This document shows, in pieces, positions 57,001 through 63,000 of a DNA stretch of 64,000 bases. The stretch comes from Candidatus Omnitrophota bacterium (GTDB lineage Bacteria > Omnitrophota > Gorgyraeia > Gygaellales > Profunditerraquicolaceae). The stretch lies in assembly GCA_028715415.1 (NCBI GenBank), contig JAQURX010000002.1, forward strand, positions 4,703 through 68,702, read 5' to 3'. Numbering within the stretch: the first letter of the stretch is position 1; every line of letters starts with the position of its first letter. The notes below the pieces were generated by a model. The model did not search any database. It was not told the DNA's origin and worked only from the letters and a program-made list of their open reading frames with translations. Both the position numbers and the translations under genes were made by a program.

Positions 57001-60000
57001 TAATTACATTTGAAAACGCAGTTACCAAGAAACAATTCAGGGCTACGTTTGATACAAAAGGTTATCTTATTAAAACAGTTGATTCTGATTCTAAAGAAAC
57101 AATTCTTTATGATTACGACGCAGAGATTGGTAAAGACGTGCCTTTAGAGGCGTATGATGCTAAGCGTACAGGCGTTGCATTATTTACAGCAAAGAAGGCG
57201 GAAAATAAAACATATGAAATTATCCGTACAAATCATGAGCCTATAAATTATGAGAAACAAGTTTCTATTCTTTACGCGGAAGACGGGTCAGAACTAGCAA
57301 AAACAATAGTTCTTTCAAATGGCGATGTGATAAAAAATGTTTATTTAAGAGATGCCACTAATATTAAGAGATTTATTGTTGCTTATAAGAATGGGCGCTT
57401 CTTTAAGATTTCCAGATTTGATTCTCAAGAGGCAAATGGTAATAGCCGTTATGAGGTAGTGGAAGCTAAAGAATTATGGTCTATACCCGCACAATTAGAA
57501 ACTGCAAATGGAGTTTTAAATGTTAATCAGGCAGAAACAATCTTTGCAGGGCTTAACCGTAAGAGTCCCGCAGCCACAACTTATGGGAATTACGATGCAA
57601 GGTTTGACAGAGAGATATCTAAGGTCATTGAAATGAAAGACAAAGACAATAAGGTTGATATTAAGAGAATTATAGAGTTTGTTTATAAGGGAAATTCAAA
57701 GATTCCTTCAATGACAATCTTAAGAGAAGATGTCCGTAATAATGAAGTCGTGAATAAGATTTGGTCTGTATCAGTAAGGGAAGATGGAACTGAGGCTGAA
57801 GTGCATCGTGAATTTTTGCAGCGCATGGGGATAACTGAAGAAAGCGCCATTGAAAAATTCTTTGCTGAATTAATAGAAGGCAAGAGAGGGCTGCCGGAAG
57901 TAGTAAGAATCCATACCCGTAATGTTCATGGCTGGGATACAGAAGTTAAATTCGGCGGAACAAGGCAATATTTTATCTATGATCAAGATGGCGTGTTAAA
58001 GGGCGGCATAAATACTGTAGCAGGGGAAATTGATACTTTGAGTTATGTTGATGATAAAGGCTTGATTCATCTTCTTGAGTTAAATAGTTTAGATAAAGAA
58101 ACAGCTGAAGGCATTCGTAAAGAATTTTCTGGCCTTCCAAAGCTAGTAAAGGAAAATCACAGCATTTTAAATGCCAATTTCAATATTGAAAGATTGCGCG
58201 AAGTTATCAATAAAAATGCCCTTCGTATTTTAGAGGCTGACTTCTTCGGAGATATAAGGAAAGAAGACGTTGGCGTCCGTAAGATAACCTACAAAACCGA
58301 TGTGCGCGTTGACCATAAGTTAGGTATTACTACTGTTAATGGAAAGTTAGTTGAGGCAAGCTTTAACATTGATAAAAACACTCCTTGGATTGTTTATCGC
58401 ATCAAGGCAAAGAATTTGTCCGCAGAAGAGGCTAAGCTTATTGAAGGGTTGCTTGCGAAAGGGTACATCTCTACAGAATCTAAGAGTGAACTTGATATAA
58501 AGAAGTTGGTTGATATCTTTAAATCCAGAGAAACCAAAGCCCGTGTTACTTTTATTGATATGTATCGCAACGAGGCTTTCTATATTGAAAAAGGCAAGCT
58601 TCAATTCCCCATAAGGGATCGCTTAGGCAGAATTTTACACACCTTAGCTTACGAGATTAAGAATAGCGGGAATGTTGTGGCTGAATTAAATAAACTTCTT
58701 GCTGCTTCTGGGTATGAATATAATCAGAAATTATACGATAGTGTTAATGCGCTTGGGTGGTTAAGCCCGGTTTCTTATACCTTAGAGCTTGGTTCGATTA
58801 CTCTTCCTGATGGAGCTAAAGCCCGCCTGATGCAAGTTCACGAATGGAAAGATAAGAAAAAAGCAATTGGCAGCGGTAAGCTCTTGCGCACCTTCGGCGT
58901 GGATATGTTTGGTGATGAAGTAGTAAAGATTAAATATTGGAATGATGCAAAGAAAGATATGCTGTTTATTGTGAGGGATAGTAAGGATATTAGTCATAGT
59001 ACCGCTTTTATAGGGGGCATTGATAGAGAGAATAGCATTGTTAAAGATCAAGTAATCTCTGTATCAAAAGAAGGGGTGTTCGCAGATATAGTAAATAATG
59101 AAATGAGAAGCCGCATACTCGGAGTGGAAAGATTTCTCAAAAGCCAAGGCTTTGCTACTGATATGGGGTTTGAAGGTTTGACTTGGGCTAAGATTACCAT
59201 GCTTGATAAAAATAATAGGCCTATTAGTGAGTCTATCCAGGCTTTTAAGGATAGCGAAGACCCAGTTGTAAAGATTGAAAAAGACTTGGCCGACTTTGTA
59301 TTTGTTTATGCAGGGAAAGAAATTAGTTTACGTTTTGATTTATCCGTAGCGTTTGACGAAAAAACTGCAAGCCCATCTGTTATTGCGAATGTTGAGAATA
59401 AATACAGTAGGCTGATTGTTGATCTATATAAACAGATGATCTTTAGGGATAGAGCAGATGATGATAATACTAAGATTACACGTGAACATTTACGTAAGAA
59501 TGGCTTATTTAACCATGATTGGAAATGGTTCTTGGAAAATATAGCAGAAATAGGTAAGAGGCCAATAGATCGAGAAGAAAAATTTGATTATCAGGAAGTC
59601 AAAGTTGGTAAAACAGTATTTTCTTCTTCTTTGCTGAAAGCTTTAGATGTTCCTTCACTGTCAGATACCTCTTATCAATTTGTTCATACTACTGATCCGG
59701 AGATACATACTCTGCATATAGGGCAAGGGCGGTTAGAGAATATAGATTGGGAAAATCATTTAATAGTTTCCCGAAACGAAATATTCTTTTATAACAATGA
59801 AAATGTTGATAGTAAGGATGTATTTTTTACAATCTACTATAAAGCATACCGAGATTTCTCTGGTAACATACCAATCCAAACATTTTACGCCGATAAAGAA
59901 TATAATGATCCTCGTTTTTCAAGCCATGTTTTTGATTTTGATCGTTATGGAATTGGGCGTCTTTCAGCTGTATTTGGCAAGGAAGAATCCGGAGCATGGG

Positions 60001-63000
60001 AGCCTCTTAGTGTTGGTAGATCGGTTAGACAGGGTATCTCTAATAATAGGTGGGAACCTTTAGTTGGCGGGGCAAGTGTTACTCCAGTTAAAATGCTGCT
60101 TAAAAATTTGGTTAACCAAGATACTAATGAAAACATCTTCTTTTTTGAAATTACTGATATTAACCGAACTATTGATATAGGATTTAATCCTTCAGATCCA
60201 GTTTCTACCTATAAGAATATTTATGCTAAATTTAATGAGCTTTTGGCGAAGGAATATATTAAGGAACGTTATATTATAGGTAAAACTGGTACAGGAAGAA
60301 TGGTTACTCGCTTGATAGATTTCAAACTTAATTCGGCTGGAGATATTATTAGCGATCCACGTTTGATTGTTTATTTTCTATATACTCCAGAAATCTTGAG
60401 CGCCACAGAAGCAGGCCCGCTTCACTTTGGATATTCTCGAGAAAGCTATATTTATCCATATAATAAACAAGAAGGCCTCGATGTTATGTCGTATGCAAAT
60501 AAAGAATGGAGTAACAGTAATTGGGTCGCACATATTTTTAATCGTCAGTTCGCTACCGACTTACAAACAAAAGAGATATTAATACATTATGATGTGCAAG
60601 ATCGTAGAGAAGGGTATACATTTATTGGCAAGGCTCTTTCAACCTATGGGATGCTTAAATATGATGAGTATTTAGGGCAGTCTGGGGAGCCCGAAACAAT
60701 GAGAATTTATTATGGCCTTCGTGAGATACCAACAAAAGCCGTTGGTTTTGATATGAAAGGGAATAACCCGGAATTATGGAGACAATACCGTAATAGCGTA
60801 GTGGATGAAAACGGGCATACCTATTTGATAGTTGATGAAATCGATCCTATTAGGAATGCTCATCCATATATGTATGCTGCAGAAAAATTTGTTTATCCTG
60901 AACTTAATTGGTTTGTTTTGCGGGATGGAATGTTCTTTGCTCGCGCCGATAAATGGAATTATTCTACGCAAAAATATAAAGCAACGCGTGATTTTTCTGA
61001 AGATGTATCAAATAGCGGATTGTTTAGGATTCTTGGTAATCAAAAAGCTGTCAAAGAATCAAAGAAAGTAATTGAAAAAGCGTTGAAAGAAAATAGATTT
61101 AATCCTGTTCCGGATGTTTCTCAAGATGAAATTAAGAACGCAATGGAAATGCGCAAAGCGCGTTCCATTGATGGTTATGTGCCAGTAATGTTAATTATCG
61201 CAGGAATTATTGGCTGGGTTGTTTTGGTATGGCAATTGTTGAAATTTGCTGTTTCTAAACCAAATATTAATTCTGCAAATAAGGAAGAGCTTGAAGGAGT
61301 TTTTTCTCCGCATGATGCAGGGAATATCCTTCTAGCCCGCAAAGAGCGCGTAGCAATTGGCAATGTAACAGAATTGCCAGAACTGCGCGATACTACAGTA
61401 GATAAAATAAGAAACAAGATTAGGTTTACTGAAACAGTAGGAGGGATTACTCTTGAAGAAATAAGTAGTCTTAATGATTTCAAATATGAGAATATAGAAG
61501 GTACAATTCTTTCTGATAGCGTGGAGTATGTTAACGATCTTATTGAGAAAGGTTTCATTTCTAAAGAAGAAGTCGAACAGATTGTACGCGAATTGGCTAA
61601 AGGGTTATCTGTTGGAGTGTTGCCATTGAGTTTGGTAAAGGCTAAATTACTAAGTAGAATCTTTAGGTGTGCTTACTGGGATGGTAGTTACCTTCTTAAA
61701 GATAGTGTGAGAAAAACTTTAACTAAAGCAATAAAAGACCTGTTTACAAGAATAGACATGCCAGTCTCTAAGGTTCTCCCAGATCAGTTTATCAATGAAA
61801 TTATCCAGGAAATATCTGTCCATCGTGTACCTGAGTATGTATATGATTGCGATACGGGTAAATATGAAGGTGGCAAGAAACTTTCTTTAGGCACTGGTTT
61901 GTGGGTGTTTGATCCCAAAGCAGATTATCAAGTTGTTTCTTTAGAGGACTTTGTAATTAAGTATAAGGTAATTTATACATTAGTGCCATTTTTTAGCACC
62001 CATACCCCGGCAGTAAATTGGTTTACTCGCCAGGTAAAAGAGATGCTTATTAATAAACAAGATAAGGATATAAAGGCTTTTATCAATAACCATCGGAAAT
62101 TTTGGTATCAAGCGTTAAAGGATCAGTTGGATAATAAGTGGGAACCTATGCGTGACGACCGCGGTAAAGGGCCTGCTTATGAGAATGAAAAGACCAGAGA
62201 GTGGAAATATTTAATGATTTGGTCTGAATTCAATGATTTATTCCGTTATTTGCTGGAAGTGGACGATTACAATAAGCCATTACCTTGCCTTAAAGATGGA
62301 ACATTCTTCGATCTTAAACAAAAGATAATGACCGATGTTTTTTCTAAGATTGCAGCTGGTGATACACAGTTTACAAATGATGAGCTGACCTCAGATTTTC
62401 TCCAGAAGATAGTGGATGTTTATTTCAAGCCATTTAATCTTTACGTAACCGGTAAATTAAGAATTCCTTATTATGATAGGAAAGTATACAAAGCCAATAA
62501 TACGGGTGATGTTAAGACCGGAATATGGGCAAAGATTAAGCCTTATATTCCGTTTGTAAGGAGATGGAGAAGCCCTGAACGAGGAGAGATCGGCCTTTGG
62601 GCCTTTGTATTATTTAAATTGTTAGGAGATAAAAGATTTTGGAGTAAGGATATCAAAGATAAAAATAGAAATGCCGGGAAAAAATCTAGTTTTGTATCGA
62701 GTATCCCTGTATTTATCCGTGTAGCAGGATATGCCACTATAGCTATTTTAGCTGCAGTTTACATTCCCGAATATCATCTTTTAGGATTCAATGTTCCATT
62801 CTGGTTTAATTCTGTGGCAGCAGTAGGTTTAATAATGACTATACGTTTATTCCTGAACGATACTACTTTAAAAGCCCGTCGCCAAGCGTTGATCTGGGGT
62901 GCAATTAGCTTAGTAACCGGCATGTTTATTACATATATCATAGGATACGTAGCAACGCATTGGATGTTTATGCCTATACCTTTTGAACTTAGTTTTTCAC